From contig CT868008.1 in assembly GCA_000165425.1 (NCBI GenBank), positions 620,001 through 675,213 of the forward strand: a DNA stretch of 55,213 nt. The letters run 5' to 3'. This document shows, piece after piece, positions 38,505 to 51,599 of this stretch. Under the pieces are notes generated by a model. It did no database searches and had not been told where the DNA came from. It saw nothing but the letters and a program-made list of their open reading frames with translations. The position numbers and the translations under genes are program-made. The first letter of the stretch is position 1. Each line of letters opens with the position of its first letter. The DNA is from Paramecium tetraurelia (Eukaryota).

Positions 38505-38696
38505 TTTTTTATAGACTAGAAGCAATTATAAATTAACTACAATATTTTATAATTTAATTGAATAATAAACATTAAATAATATGGAATAATTGTATTGTTG
38601 CTGACTTAACTATGCAGCATACAATAAATAATATTATAACTAAAACTTAATGTGAAATATGAATGACTTAAAATCAAGAGTCAATATTTATAATAC

Positions 38697-39621
38697 CCTA
38701 GATTCCTCAGATTAATCCTTTTTATTAATTCCATTGTACATTCTTAATCTGAAACCTTTTCTAAAGAAAACCACTCTGCAGTGGAAATGTTTTGCATATT
38801 ATATCTCTTATTCACATCAACCTCAATGACTTTTGTTATTAAATCTTTAAACTAGTCTGAGGGATCTGTCTTTCCATTTTATTTAATTTTGCTCCAAAAT
38901 TAATCCCATTATTAATTTGAAATCATTTTGTACCAATTATCTTGATAATTTTAAAAGGGAGGAAATCCCATGACAATTATAAATAGTATTACTCCATAAG
39001 CAAATACATCGCATTTTTCAGCATCAATAATTTTATTTTAAATCTATTCTGGGGAAGCATATCCTTGTGTAAAGCCTATAGGCTAATTTGCGAATCCGAA
39101 ATCACATATCTTTAGCATCATATTTTCATTAAACATAATATTATCAGGTTTTAAATCAAAATGTACTACTCCATTTCTATGCATCAGCCCTATTTGATTG
39201 TATAAATTAATTGCGATTAAGCGAGCAAATTTTTCTGCAAATTTTCCACTTGTCAATAAAATGTCTAATAATGAACCATTTTTCATATATTCCATTAAAA
39301 TTTGATTAGTTTCCGAAAATTTTTCCATGTAAGGCACACACCGTGGAAATTCCTAGTTATTATTTTGCCAAAACCTGATGAAAATATTAATTTCATTCTG
39401 ATTACAAAGACTACATATCATAATTATTGTACGATAATCGATTATTAGGACAATTGATCTTTTCTTGGTTCCTTCAATGCAAAATAAACACTTGAAACCC
39501 TATGCTGAGTCAAATAGACTATAGAATTCCTTCCAGAACCTAAAGGCTCCTTTTTCAAAGTGTTAAAGAATCTTTCAATCTAAGCATCTTTGATTATGAA
39601 ATTTGCATAATTCTGTTACAT
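38697..39621 (-). CDS. Ser/Thr protein kinase (non-RD); 3' end unresolved
   Basis: LGSGRNSIVY, FALK, LMEYMKNGSL, HFDLKPDNIM, DFG, GYASPE, KCDVFAYGVILF; needs a 35-nt intron at 39398-39432; true stop not identified. Confidence 0.85.
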
Positions 39622-39699
39622 ATTGAGTGAATTATATTATTAATTATAAAAATAGGAAATTTATATAGCAGAGTATATACAAATTAAATATAAATGAAA

Positions 39700-41315
39700 T
39701 TTGGGGAGCTTTGTTGCAGTCTTCGATAAGAATTTCACAAACTTAATAGTTTTCAATAATTTATTTAATTTCAGAGTTAGTAATGTTAGTAAAAATGATA
39801 AATTGATTGAAAATTAAATTATGAAGAAATTAATGATTCTTAGAAATAGAAGGGTAAAAATCTGTATTCTTGATTCACTGTTGATATAGTTTACTTTTTC
39901 TATAATTTGTAAATTAACTTATCCAACTGGTTAATCATGAAGGAATTAGAGATTAAAATGAATTCATTTATGGAATTAACAGCTTGGTGACTAACTGGAA
40001 AATTTGAATTGTAGTTGGAATTGAAATATCATTAGATTATGCTTACAAAATTATTGCAAATCATTCAAAATCAAATCGGAAACTACTATCCAACTCTAAG
40101 AATTCTGCATCTTATACCAAATCATCAATGGATTAATTTAGCAATATTGTTTCTGTTAATTAATTTTACAAATCTATCAATTTTGCACTAAATATTTAGT
40201 CTAATTTTTAATTAGAAATGAAAAGTTATTATTATTTGATCTTTATCTTATAGTCTGCTCTAGCTGATTAAATCTATCTTGTTAAAAAATCAGTTGAAGT
40301 TTTTTCTTTTTCTAATTATTATTTTTATTTTCTATGGAAATTAAATCATATTTTACCTTTCTAATTTTTATTATATTTAACCAATTATTTTTTATAAATA
40401 CTCAGAGATGGTTCCCTTTTATAAAACAAATTTTTACTAATAATTTAACATATTTAAGCTCTTATTGTTTTAATCTAATGATATACTTATCTTGATTTTC
40501 AATTTATTAACACTATATTTACAATTTTAAAGCAGAAGATTAATTTATTTACTCTAATTGTTTAATTTAGTACTCTTTTTATTCAATTATATCCTGATAT
40601 TTTTGAATTTATTTCTATAGTTCCCTAGCAGGTGAATTTAAATTATAATAAATCCTTGAGCCTTGTTATTATTAATGGGGAATTGAACTTTTTGAGTTTC
40701 TTATTTCTTCGTAAGGTTTCTTAATATATTAATATTATGCATACTATAGATTCTTCAGTTTTCTGGATTTGGCAATAATAATGTATGTTGCTCGTATTAT
40801 TGCATTCCTTTGTCTAATTTTGATCTTTTTACATTTATTTTTTTATTTATTCTTAAACATAATCAATCCCATTTTTATATTTTTTCTAACAAAAATTTGT
40901 ATCTACGCTATTATATTATCTTTAATCAAATGTGTGATCAATTTCATTAAATGACTTTCTATCCTTAAAAGACCTAATTATTGTGCTCAATTATATAGAA
41001 TTATTATTGGGATTAGATTTCTTATTATAGACATCATTTTTTAATCTATGTATGATATTGAATATTGTAAATTTACTTTTCAATTAAATACCCTATTGAA
41101 TATACATATATGTTATCATATATTTTAAATAATTCAGTTTCATCCTCCAATATACCAAATTTTGTAAATGCCACCAATAATTAAGGAAATGTATCGGCCT
41201 TTTGAGCCAATAAAAATTTCACATCTTTTACTTTAATATTTCCTTTAACTGTCTATTGTAGCCCGTTGAATCTTAAATCTCTATTCATTCGAATGAAATT
41301 GGTACCATTTTACAT
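39700..41315 (-). pseudogene. Degenerate gene with ubiquitin-like N-terminus and coiled coil (Atg11/FIP200-like, tentative)
   Basis: Open 5' part MQNGTNFIRMNRDLRFNGLQQTVKGNIKVKDVKFLLAQKADTFPQLLVAFTKFGILEDETELFKIYDNICIFNR; downstream coding-like fragments (e.g. NQEYRFLPFYFQESL) interrupted by TGAs and frameshifts. Confidence 0.35.
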
Positions 41316-41340
41316 TAAGTATATTATTAATTATAAATAA

Positions 41341-42144
41341 TCAATCTCTAAAAATACCAACAATTTTCTCAAATTACTTTATTGTCAAATCGCTCTCTGA
41401 AAGCAATGATCCGATCGCTTCATTATAGATGTTTTTTCTCTTCTTACAGATATTTAACATATTTTAGTACTCATTTTCTACCTGTAAGGTTTCTTCAGCT
41501 GTTGCCATTTTAAAATTTTTGTCTTCATACAACAATAGTTTATTTTCAAGTTCATCAATTTTGGTTTTTAATTCTGTTTTCATGTCTATCAACTCTTATA
41601 AGGTTGGTATTTTAGATAAATTTTTTAATTGTTCGCTAAGTTTTGAGTTTTATTAAGCAAGTTATTTGTATTCTTCTGTTTTTTATTCTAATTCACTTCC
41701 AAGTAATTCTAAATCTTGTTAATTAACTGTAGGCATCAAGCCTTGATTAATTAGAAATACTTTTGTAGAACCTACTTCTTTCATTACTACATCACCTTTA
41801 GAAACCAATGTATCAATATTTTTTTGAAGTGCACTTAATTTTAAAAATAAAGTGTCTTTTAAATAGTTTACTGTGAAGGGACGATTTGATGATTTGAAAT
41901 ATTCAAGTAGAGATTCAACATCCTCCTTAATTAAAGGCTATTTCCCCTTTTTTTCAGGTTATTTTTTCTCATCTTTCTTTTTTGGAGGACTTGCCTATTA
42001 CACCTTTTTTGAAGGTTTAGCCTTTTTTTTCTCATCTACTTAAGTGACAATGGGTGGATCTGAATTTTAAGTAGTTTTTGACTCTGCCTTTTTTTTTGCT
42101 CCCTTTTTCCCTTTTTATTTTACTTAGGCTGTTTCTTCATTCAT
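41341..42144 (-). CDS. HOP2: Hop2/TBPIP homologous-pairing protein with Lys-rich N-terminal extension
   Basis: LLEYFKSSNRPFTV winged helix, LVSKGDVVMKEVGSTKVFLINQ, coiled coil, CKKRKNIY..IVGI C-terminus; intronless. Confidence 0.82.
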
Positions 42145-42272
42145 AATTGAAATTAAAATATTATAATATTTTATTATTAAATTTTCAATGCCTTTAGAAC
42201 ATGCTCTATAACTATCTCTTGGATTTTAGATACAACTACATTTCATGTTATTGAAATTTAATATAAAATATA

Positions 42273-44123
42273 TCAATCATTATCTGAGTCCCACATTTTA
42301 GGATCAAGCTCATTGCCTCCATATTCATCTTCAAACCCCATATCAACTCCCTCTTGTAACCTATGTCTATAAAATAAACTACATCATCTCTTGTTCATTA
42401 ATATGTTCTACCCATAATTGATTGTATTCACAGAATTTTGTCTCTTTTATTTTCTCACATAATTCCTAATCATATTCTCGTAAAATATCCAAGACCTCCT
42501 AAGACATCTACTTAACCTTTTGGTTTTTATCATTTAATTATTAAATCAATTACAATAGTATATCATCCCTAAATTATGAATAACAGATTACTGTGCTAAG
42601 ATTTATGATATTCCTATTTTATGAAATAGGAATTAATGTAAGCTATAGAGGTATTGAACAATAAATTCGTCATCATCTACTTTCTCTGTAAAGACTTAGG
42701 TTAAGGCATTTAAAATATTGCTGTTAACTAAGATTTCTGCAGCTTTAGCATTGGAAGCAATTTATGACACAAGCATCATAGTTTCTAAAACTATATCATC
42801 ATCAACTACTCCTATAGCTAGATTGTTATGCAAGAATTCAATAAATGGTTCTGTTAATAATTTAACCCAATTTTCATTTAATTAAATGACACTTACAATT
42901 CCTATAATTTCAAATTTCAAGTCTTCTTCTTTTCCTTGAGTTAAAAGTAACTTCATGAAGTGCCTCACAAAGCCCTTAGCACATGTTTGAATTTCGGGGT
43001 TAGTTGAATTTTCAATGATTCCTTTAATAAATCGAAACAGCAATGTATCTCCATTTGTCAGGGCCCTTTACACTATTTATTGAAATTCTTGTTCTGTAAT
43101 ATGATCAACATTTCTTGAACTTGTTGATAAGTTAGTTGCCAAAGCAATTAGTTCTTTGCCTATTATAGGTTCAGGAAAATGCAACATTAATTTAACAACT
43201 AGACTCATACATTCTGTGAACCCAAAGGTTAATCTCAATTTATCATCCAAAGTGAGTAAATACAATAACACGATTGACACAAATCTATAGTTTGGGATTT
43301 TCAATAACTTTACAATATCTGGAATGAACCCATTTTATTCAATTTATGATCGAGCTTCAGTATCAAAGCACAAATTTTTTAATAATCCTAGACTAGAAAA
43401 ATCATTATACCCAAACTTAATTGTAATAATACATTATTATCAGCACTGAAAAATCTTTTTAATTTTCTTATGCAATTCTCTTCAATCATTTACAGTTTAC
43501 ATTCATTCACTATACTTAGTTTCTTGAGAAATAGTAATGTCACAATTAGTAAATAAAAGTTGTTTCTTTCCAGCATTCTTAATAGAAATGTTATTATTTT
43601 TCTTTTTCTCATTTTATTTTCAATAATTGGATCTTCTGCCATATTCATCAATATTGTGAAACCTACATAAAACAATTTTTCTTATTTTGCAATCATCAAA
43701 TTTAATTTTCTCAATTCCTGAAACTATTAAGGCTAACCTTATTTTTCCATCAATTCAGCATATCGCAAATCAAACCTTTGAATTTATGACTCAATAATTT
43801 TCATGGTGATATCTCCAATTTAGTGCTCCGAAAGGATTTGATGGAATTCCAAATAATTGGATAAGATATAAAATACACAAAGTAAATAGAGCGTAAGTTC
43901 AGTTGATTTCTTATGTTCGTCTCTTAAGGTCCTTGATAGAGTAGATAATAATTATTCTAATGATATATTATTAATTCAAGTAATTACCATGAGATATCAG
44001 GTATTCTAAATTTTATTGTTAAGTTGCTAAACCTAGAATTTATTTTGCCGCCTCCTTTTTAGGCTCAATCTTTTCATCATAAAAAACCTCTAACAACTTT
44101 TCCAGCTATTCTTCTGGATCCAT
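42273..44123 (-). CDS. KAP3: Kinesin-II-associated protein KAP3 (armadillo repeats), N-terminally short
   Basis: LLEVFYDEK, LSRTLRDEHKKSTEL, KQEKLFYVGFTILMNMAEDPIIENKMRKRKI, FLKKLSIVNECK, NLCFD, ELIALATNLS, DDDIVLE, DDEFIVQ, DKNQKV, KFCEYN. Confidence 0.9.
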
Positions 44124-44167
44124 TAATAGTAAATTTAAATTATATCAAATATTGTTAACATTAATAT

Positions 44168-44860
44168 TCAAATTAATTGGCAACATTAAGAATCATTGGC
44201 TGGCTGACTGGGCTTTTAAGCATCATTAATAGCATTAAGTTTCTTCTTTAGTGCAATTTAAATAGCTGTATCAAATAGCGGTCTAAGACCTTCTTGGGTT
44301 AATGCTGATACTTCAAATAAATTGCACTTTAGGTTTTTTATTAGTTATTCAGCCTTAGTTTATAATAATAATTAATACTGCTGTTTTTTTTACATGATTT
44401 GAATTTCCTTCATTTCTCATATCAATTTTATTGCCTACAAAAATTTTTGGTATCTACTCAAATTTGTCTTTGTTCAATTCTGGATGCCACTAAAGAATCG
44501 CATTAATAATACTTTATGTAATGCATTTGAGAATGAATTGCTCTCCACAACAGAATAAACTATTAGGAAAACATCTGTATTATCGTAGCTTAATTATCTT
44601 ACATTATTATATCCCTCTTATCCAGCAGTGTCCCTAAAATTACAAAAACTTCATACCATAAACTTAAATCAACCTCCCTTTCGTCTACTCTGACTTTTGT
44701 TTGGTAATTTTCAAAAACAGTTGGGACATACTCAGTAGGAAATTTATCGGTTGTATAGCTGATACCTATGAGTATTTTTTGATTACCTTAATAATATACA
44801 GGTTTTTCCAACTGATCCATCTCCAACCACTAACAATTTAATACTAATTGTCTCTGACAT
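44168..44860 (-). CDS. Rho-family small GTPase (Rac-like)
   Basis: IKLLVVGDGSVGKT, YTTDKFPTEYVPTVFENY, WDTAGQE, GNKID, EVSAL, C-terminal CCQLI CaaX; four short introns. Confidence 0.95.
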
Positions 44861-44958
44861 TATGAAAAATTAAATATCATAATAATGTAAATCAACTTGA
44901 AAAGGAAATCATGAAAGAAAGATGAATGATATTTTTATTATTATTTATTTGATTATAC

Positions 44959-46466
44959 TCATCCAAAGGATATGTCTAAGGCCTTTGTAATAAACTTTCC
45001 TGAATCATTGTCCCAAACAGTTAAGAATTGTTCGGCTATATTAGTGTCTTTCTAATTAATAATTTTGATCTATTACTGCATAATCTCCATCCTCCTACAA
45101 GTATGTGATGTTCAAATCCATTGTCTTTGAAGAAATTATTTCGCATTGCTTATCTGCATTGAATGCCATGAATACAGATTCAGAATTATTGATCATTAGG
45201 CTTGGGCATCTAATTTAGTTAATATTTATACTTTGTTAAACAAGTCACTTTCACTTTCTTACAATTGACAACATCAACTCCTGAAATAGTTTGCTAAGGT
45301 ATTCTAATATATTTACATCAAAAACCAATTCTACTCTTTCACATTTTTACAAAAATATTGACTTCACTTTGGCCTTAACTAATATTCCACAATTCTTGCA
45401 ATTTTCAACAAAAAGAGATTATTTCATCTCTATTTCATCATCTTTGAATTCAATTAGCTTTTCATTTTAAAAGTTTTCCAAAAACCAATTTTCCTTACAA
45501 TATCTTTTAGGCTCTTTTGGTAACTGAGCTGCTGCTTATTAAGTTGACTGCTATTATTTTGCTGTTGTAGGCTATAGAGGGTCTTATTTTTCAACATTTT
45601 TCTATACTGGCTTTAATCCTGATTATAAAATTGAGAACTACTTTTAGTGATGTCTGCTCCAACATTCAACTCTGCAAATAAGGCTCCTCTAGAATCACCA
45701 CTATCAGTTTGATGAGCAGGAGCTGCAAATTGAGGAGGAGGAGGAGGAGGTGGGCCTTTTGGAGGAGGAGGAGGAGGAGCACCATGAGTTTTTTCTTGAG
45801 TCAAAGCCGCAAAATATTGTTCGAAGGTTAGAGATCCTTTGCCATTCCATTCTAACCCCATTTTATAGTTTGTTATTACAAAATCTTTTTAAGAAATAAA
45901 TAATACCTGGCAACCACTTTAATGCCCCAATAAAAGCATCATACCATTTAGACACCTCTGCTACTTTCTATTATTTTAGTTTAAATCCATTAAACTCAGC
46001 AGATTCGATGGCACTCTCTACTTAAATCTTAGGACCATCTAAAGTCACCCAAAATGCTGCTTAGCAACCTTCAATGATTGCCTTTACTTAATATTATAGA
46101 GCAGGTGTTTAAAACTTGGCAATTTTATTCACTTAATCAGTAATAGCCTTCTAGATTTATTTCATTTAGTCTGGACTTGGCTTTTTAGTGTTTGTAGAAT
46201 GTAAAATTGCATTCTCCATTATTGAAAATATTTTCGTTACTATGGGTGTCTAGATGTTGAAAATACTATATTACAATGTCCTTAAGTGATTAATCAGATA
46301 AGCCCTTTGAAGCCTCAACAAAGAGATTAAGCTTTTCCTTAAATGGCTGTAATTCAGCTAATGATTGTGGACTTTACTATTAAGTTGGAGTACCACCTTC
46401 TAATTATAAGGCAATCTTCTCTAAAGATTTGATGACGTTCCTAATTTCCGCAGCTGATTAACTCAT
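44959..46466 (-). CDS. CAP: Adenylyl cyclase-associated protein (CAP/Srv2)
   Basis: Helical domain with AAFWV and MGLEWNG; poly-Pro PPPPPPKGPPPPPPP; WH2-like SRGALFAELNVGADIT; CARP beta-helix (AKVKSI, ISGVDVVNC, ISSKTMDLN, AEQF); several introns. Confidence 0.92.
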
Positions 46467-46529
46467 TAAATTTAATGAAAAAAAATGATATTTTCATATT
46501 AAGATACCCTGTTTTTTTAATATTAATTT

Positions 46530-49450
46530 ATGATAACATAAATAGAGATATATAATCCTTAATCAAATCATCTGTCATCAGATGATGAGTCTAATTAATA
46601 TCTCAATCCAGAATAACAAGAATTACGAAAGTTGAAAAAAATTATAGATTTTACAAAGGAAGAATTTGAATAAATTCGAAATGAGTTTTAAGATTAATAC
46701 ATAAATGTTTCTTAGTTTGTTTTCATTTTGCAAGAAATAAAAAAAGCTGATGTTCAAACTTTAGTGTACTTTTATCAACTTATTGATACTTTAGAAAAAA
46801 ACCTTGTGAATTTTGAATAATTTTCAAATTTTTTAGTCGAAATGCATGATTGGATAAATAGAGAACATTCATTATATACAATAAAATTAAAGTAAAAAGA
46901 GATAGAAGGTCAAAAAACTAATCCAATTGATAAAATGTTTGAAATAGATGGATAATTTGCATATTTAGAGTAAAATTAAAAGAAACTATGCATCTTAAAT
47001 CCTAATAACTTTTCAGAAATTGCTTAAATATCAATAAGCAATATTAGCATTTTAAATATTCTTTATATCGAGGATTTTTAAACCTTGGTGATGAGTAGTA
47101 ATGACAAATTTTTAAATTTTTATGATTTAAAAGCGAATAAATTATAGAGTAGATTTTAAGTGCCTGAATTGCAAAGTCATCTGTAATATAGTTAAGAGAA
47201 CAAAGTATCATATAATTTTATTAGGTTTTATATACTGCAACCGATAACGGAACTATCTATTCGTGGGATGTTGAAAAAATTTTTTCTAAAGAATTCTTGG
47301 AGTTTATAAAATCCGGACCAAAATTATCAGATTGCTTTAAATTAGTTATTGTTGATTAACCTTTAATGATAGAAGAATAAGAAAAATAAGATGGTGTAGT
47401 TAAAAAAGGCATTACTTGTATGTTATGCATAGATTGCTTAGAGATTCTGGCTGTAGGATCAAATGATACCTTAATAAGATTATATGAAAACAAAATTAAA
47501 GCAACATAAAAATTAAAAATAGCAGAAACAATGAAAACTAAATTTGGAATTAAAAAAACATTGTCCGGGGATCATAAAATATTGTAAGGACATAAAAAAA
47601 GAATCAAACAATTTTCTTATTGCCCTGAATTTAAGTATTTAATTTCATGTTCTTATGATTATGATGTAGTTATATGGAATATTTATTTGGAACATCCAGT
47701 AGCTAAATTATTGGGACATGAGGCATCCTTAGTTTCGGTTTTGAGTATAAGTAAAAGAATCCCAATAATTGTATCCTGCGATATCAAAGGTGTAATAAGA
47801 GTTTGGGATCCTAAAACCTTTTAATCTATTTAACATATAAAACTTGATGAAACTAACAACAATATCAAATCAATTATATACTTGAAATAAAAAGATATTG
47901 TCATTGTTGGATGTAGGAATTTCTTAATATATGAATTTTAATAATCATTTGATCCAAATGTTACAGATGATATGCCAATTTAATGTCTTTGCTATTCAAA
48001 TAAATATCTTGAATTGCATATAGCCACAAGAAAAACAATAAAAACATGGTGTATGAGAAGTGGGTTGATTAAAAGACTAAGTGGAAATTTTGTAAATCAC
48101 GACATTTACACATTTTGTTTAGATTATACACAAAGAAGGGGATTTATAGGAACGCATTAAGGGAATATATTGTAACATTTTGCTTATTTTTAGTTGTTTA
48201 GACCTATTCACAGGAAAAATAATTAAAGAAATGAAAAATAACTTTACTAAAGAAATTTCTCATCTTTCATATAGCGAAAAGTATCATACTTTAATTGCTT
48301 CGTCATGGGATAAATAAATAAGAATTTATCATGACGAAGATAATAAAGAAATTATTTTAAGGAATATAAAAAACGCTCACCCAACTGAAATTTATTGTGG
48401 TGCGTTTTCAGAAAATTTGATGTTAATAGCTACAAGTTCAAAACAATCAGAAATTCGCTTATGGGATTTTGAAAAAGGAACTTAATTTTCAAGATTAAAA
48501 GCAAGCGGAGAAGTACTTTTTCTCAAATTTATGGATCCTTATCCTCTATTAGCTTGTTCAGATCATTAAGGCCATATTGTCATTTATATTGTGTTATCAA
48601 ATGATTTGGGATTACCACCAAGTTAATCCAAGTCTTGCGCTGTTATATGGAAAAACATGTTTACCATTATGAAAGCATCTCCAGTTTATTCAATTGAATT
48701 TAATCATATTGATGGATGTTTACTTATTGGTGACGAAAATGGAGATATTAGAATTTTATCAATTACTCAAATTATAAAAAATTGTCAAATAAAAAAAATT
48801 AAGCATTAAGATATTGCTTAAAATAAAAATCCCCATAGATTTTTTTAACTTAATTACTAGGAGTATGATGTTTAATTGGAACCTTTAAATCCATTATTAA
48901 GTGAAAGAACTGCTTATTAAGTAACAGTATGGAAGGCTCATAAAACCTAAATAAAGTAGATTATAATAAGCTATGAATTCTAAGATGGTTTAATAATATC
49001 ACTATCACTTGATATGCAAGTCAAGTTTTGGAATAATGCTGGGAAACTGATATTAATTTTAAAGTAAGGACAGAATCAACCTTAAAATCTAGTAACTATT
49101 TCACAATTTAAAACAAAAACATAATCTCTAATAGATTAAGTTGAAGCAGAGTTACCAAAATGTACCTATTATTTTAATAATTAGTAAGATATGCATTGCC
49201 AATAAAAAAAACAACTCGGTTCAGATCAGTTACTCAACATGATAAAAATAAAACACGTTTAGGATTTGATATGAAAGATCAATACAGATAACTTGATTAA
49301 ATTGATAGTTTATCGATTTATTAAACTTTAAAAGAATTAGAAAAAATGGAAGAAAAAAAAGAATTAAGGAAAAAAAGAGAATTAGAATAATTTGGGAGAG
49401 ATTAATAAGGGATTGGTTAATTTCATAATAAAAAAAAATAATTTTATTGA
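46530..49450 (+). CDS. EF-hand-like + WD40-repeat protein (WDR49/EFCAB8-like architecture)
   Basis: N-term FYQLIDTLEKNLVNFEQFSNFL; WD repeats LQGHKK..LISCSYDYDVVIWN, LLGHEAS..SCDIKGVIRVWD, SSWDKQIRIY, WKAHK..SLSLDMQVKFWN; three introns; TGA 49448-49450. Confidence 0.85.
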
Positions 49451-49610
49451 TAATACTTATACCCTTGATGAGGGATATATTTTCTGTATTCTAATACACA
49501 TTTATTCTCTGCGTTTGCATCTATTAAACAAAATCAATAATTTCATCATCAAATCCATATTAAAGTTGTTTTGCTTATTAATTAATTCATTTTTCTTTGA
49601 TATTATTATT

Positions 49611-51502
49611 ATGAATTATTCAACATTTTCATTCTCACAATTGGGTAAATAAATCTTACAAGAAAATAAAGATATATAAGATTAATTAACCTTAGAATTA
49701 CTCAATAATTATAGGTCTGGTTCATTTTTTAAACAAGCTTCCGAAAATCGTTTGGCTTAATAGATTGAGAAATAGAACTAAATTATAAATATGCTTATGG
49801 AAAAACAAGAACCAGCAAGATTTAACAACCCTATAGAGTTTATTAAAAAAGGATAATAATAATACTAAGAGCAGACTAGGGATAAATATTAGAATTTTTC
49901 TTAAATTCAATTGATGTAACCCCTGCCTCTTCCTCCTCCTCCAATATTTATGCCATCAAACTTTTCTTTTATGCAACAATAATAAGCAGAGAGATAATAA
50001 CAAGAAAAATTAAGAATGCTTTTATTAATGAAAAAGCTAAAGGAAGAAAATTTCTCTCTTAAAATGAAATTATCTGAAAGAGGAGAGCAGCCTGAAAAAT
50101 CATTTGAATCATATTCGAATAGTTAAAGTCAGCAACAATCAAGCAAAAAAAGCGAAAAATAGTATAAATAATAGAAAAGAAATTTGGGGCCAACACAAGA
50201 AGATTACCAAAAAGAGATAAGATAATTAGAATAATTATTATCAAAAAGAGCTATTGCTCAACTTAAAATAAGGAGCAAAAGATTGACACTTATGCTTTCA
50301 TTTATTCGAAAAACAAAATAATTGATAGAATTGAAGAGTTCATAATTTCAAGATAAATTTCCAGAAAATATTTTATAATTCCAAAATGAATGTTTTAAAT
50401 GGATGAAGGATTTCACTAATATAATTGTTGATAAATTAAAACAGCAAAATTCTAATGTTTCATTGTATTTGGACACTAAAGTCAATCCTAAGGAGGCTTA
50501 GAAGCGAATGGATTAATTAAAAATATATGTGAAAAATTTTATTGATGCTTTATTTGATAATTAAGCTAGCATCCCAAAATTTTGTAAGGAATATCTATTA
50601 TACTTTACATTTAATTTTTTTTGTACACCTGCTAACTTCCTTTTGAAATTTGAGATAAACAGATTATCATTTACTCCATAAGGAGGAACAATGTATTAAT
50701 TTTAATTATAATTCAAGACTTAACTAAAGATAAAGTTAAATGATGATAATTACAATAATTATAATTAGAATGTATTTACAATTTTTAAATGATCTATGGG
50801 AACCAATTCCAGCATCTTCATCCTCAACTTCAAAAAAAGCCAACTAATAATATCGCTTAAATATCTAATCAATATGCTCTGTAATATACTATTTAGCACT
50901 GGAAGTCACTCGAGAAATGGCTGCCATCCAACGTGATAATCTTAAATTAGTATCTAATGATTTTCAGCCAAAGGTAAAGTCAGGAGGAGTGATTAGGATG
51001 AAAAACTTCGAAGAAAGAGAAGTTGATAAAACTAAATAAGAAAGTTTGAAAGATGGGGACGAACCTTTAGTTCATCCTATTTTTGATAAAAGTGAACTTA
51101 ATCCATTTTTTAAAGACAACTCAACTATATAAAGTCTAAAATCTACAATTGAGGGATGGTCAGAAAATATTTATTATAATTTACAATAATGCATAAAGGA
51201 AATATCGGCAGAAAAAAAACATTAAGTAATTTCTACCCTTATTTTTTTAGTTTGAAAATGGAGAAAAGTTGCTGCTTATTTAAAAAATTCAAGATAATAA
51301 ATAATAAACAGAGGGTGCAAGACAATTAAGATAAATTTAAAATAGCATTTTAGAACAAAAAGAGAAAATTGCATAAATGAAAAAATGTATATTATGTTAC
51401 AAATTTATAGTACTGAATGTTTCCACCAATAAAAAATTTGAACATAGTGAGCAGGAATGGAAATCTAAATCAAAATAGTCAAATTTAAGTAATCAATATT
51501 GA
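49611..51502 (+). CDS. Hypothetical protein (Q-rich coiled-coil N-half, PLPPPP motif, helical C-half)
   Basis: About 600-codon code-6 frame from MNYSTFSFSQLGKQ with two or three short introns; TGA 51500-51502. Confidence 0.72.
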
Positions 51503-51599
51503 TAGGGATTTTCAACTCTAAAAATCTGATATTGACATTATATTTGAATTTTAATTAAATCTTTAAATTTCCTTTATTTGAAAATGATAATATCAAAAT

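Noticed and set aside
39398..39432. TA-bounded TACAA...TTGTA segment resembling a retained 27-bp IES inside the kinase gene
   Set aside because: Excising it does not restore the kinase frame, whereas splicing the whole 35-nt GT..AG segment does
167..49450. A functional ciliary or cytoskeletal gene cluster (LC7, RSP2-like, MORN, KAP3, Rac, CAP, EF-WD40)
   Set aside because: Such genes are very common in ciliate genomes and are interspersed here with unrelated housekeeping genes; no shared regulatory motif was seen
4722..50244. Many supplied ORFs (e.g. 4722-4976, 7106-7375, 8097-8300, 12377-12622, 13393-13641, 14358-14615, 19614-19820, 20710-20916, 21426-21620, 30959-31300, 32441-32647, 35014-35235, 49722-49910, 50059-50244)
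   Set aside because: They are antisense or off-frame shadows of real code-6 genes; the track wrongly treats TAA/TAG as stops
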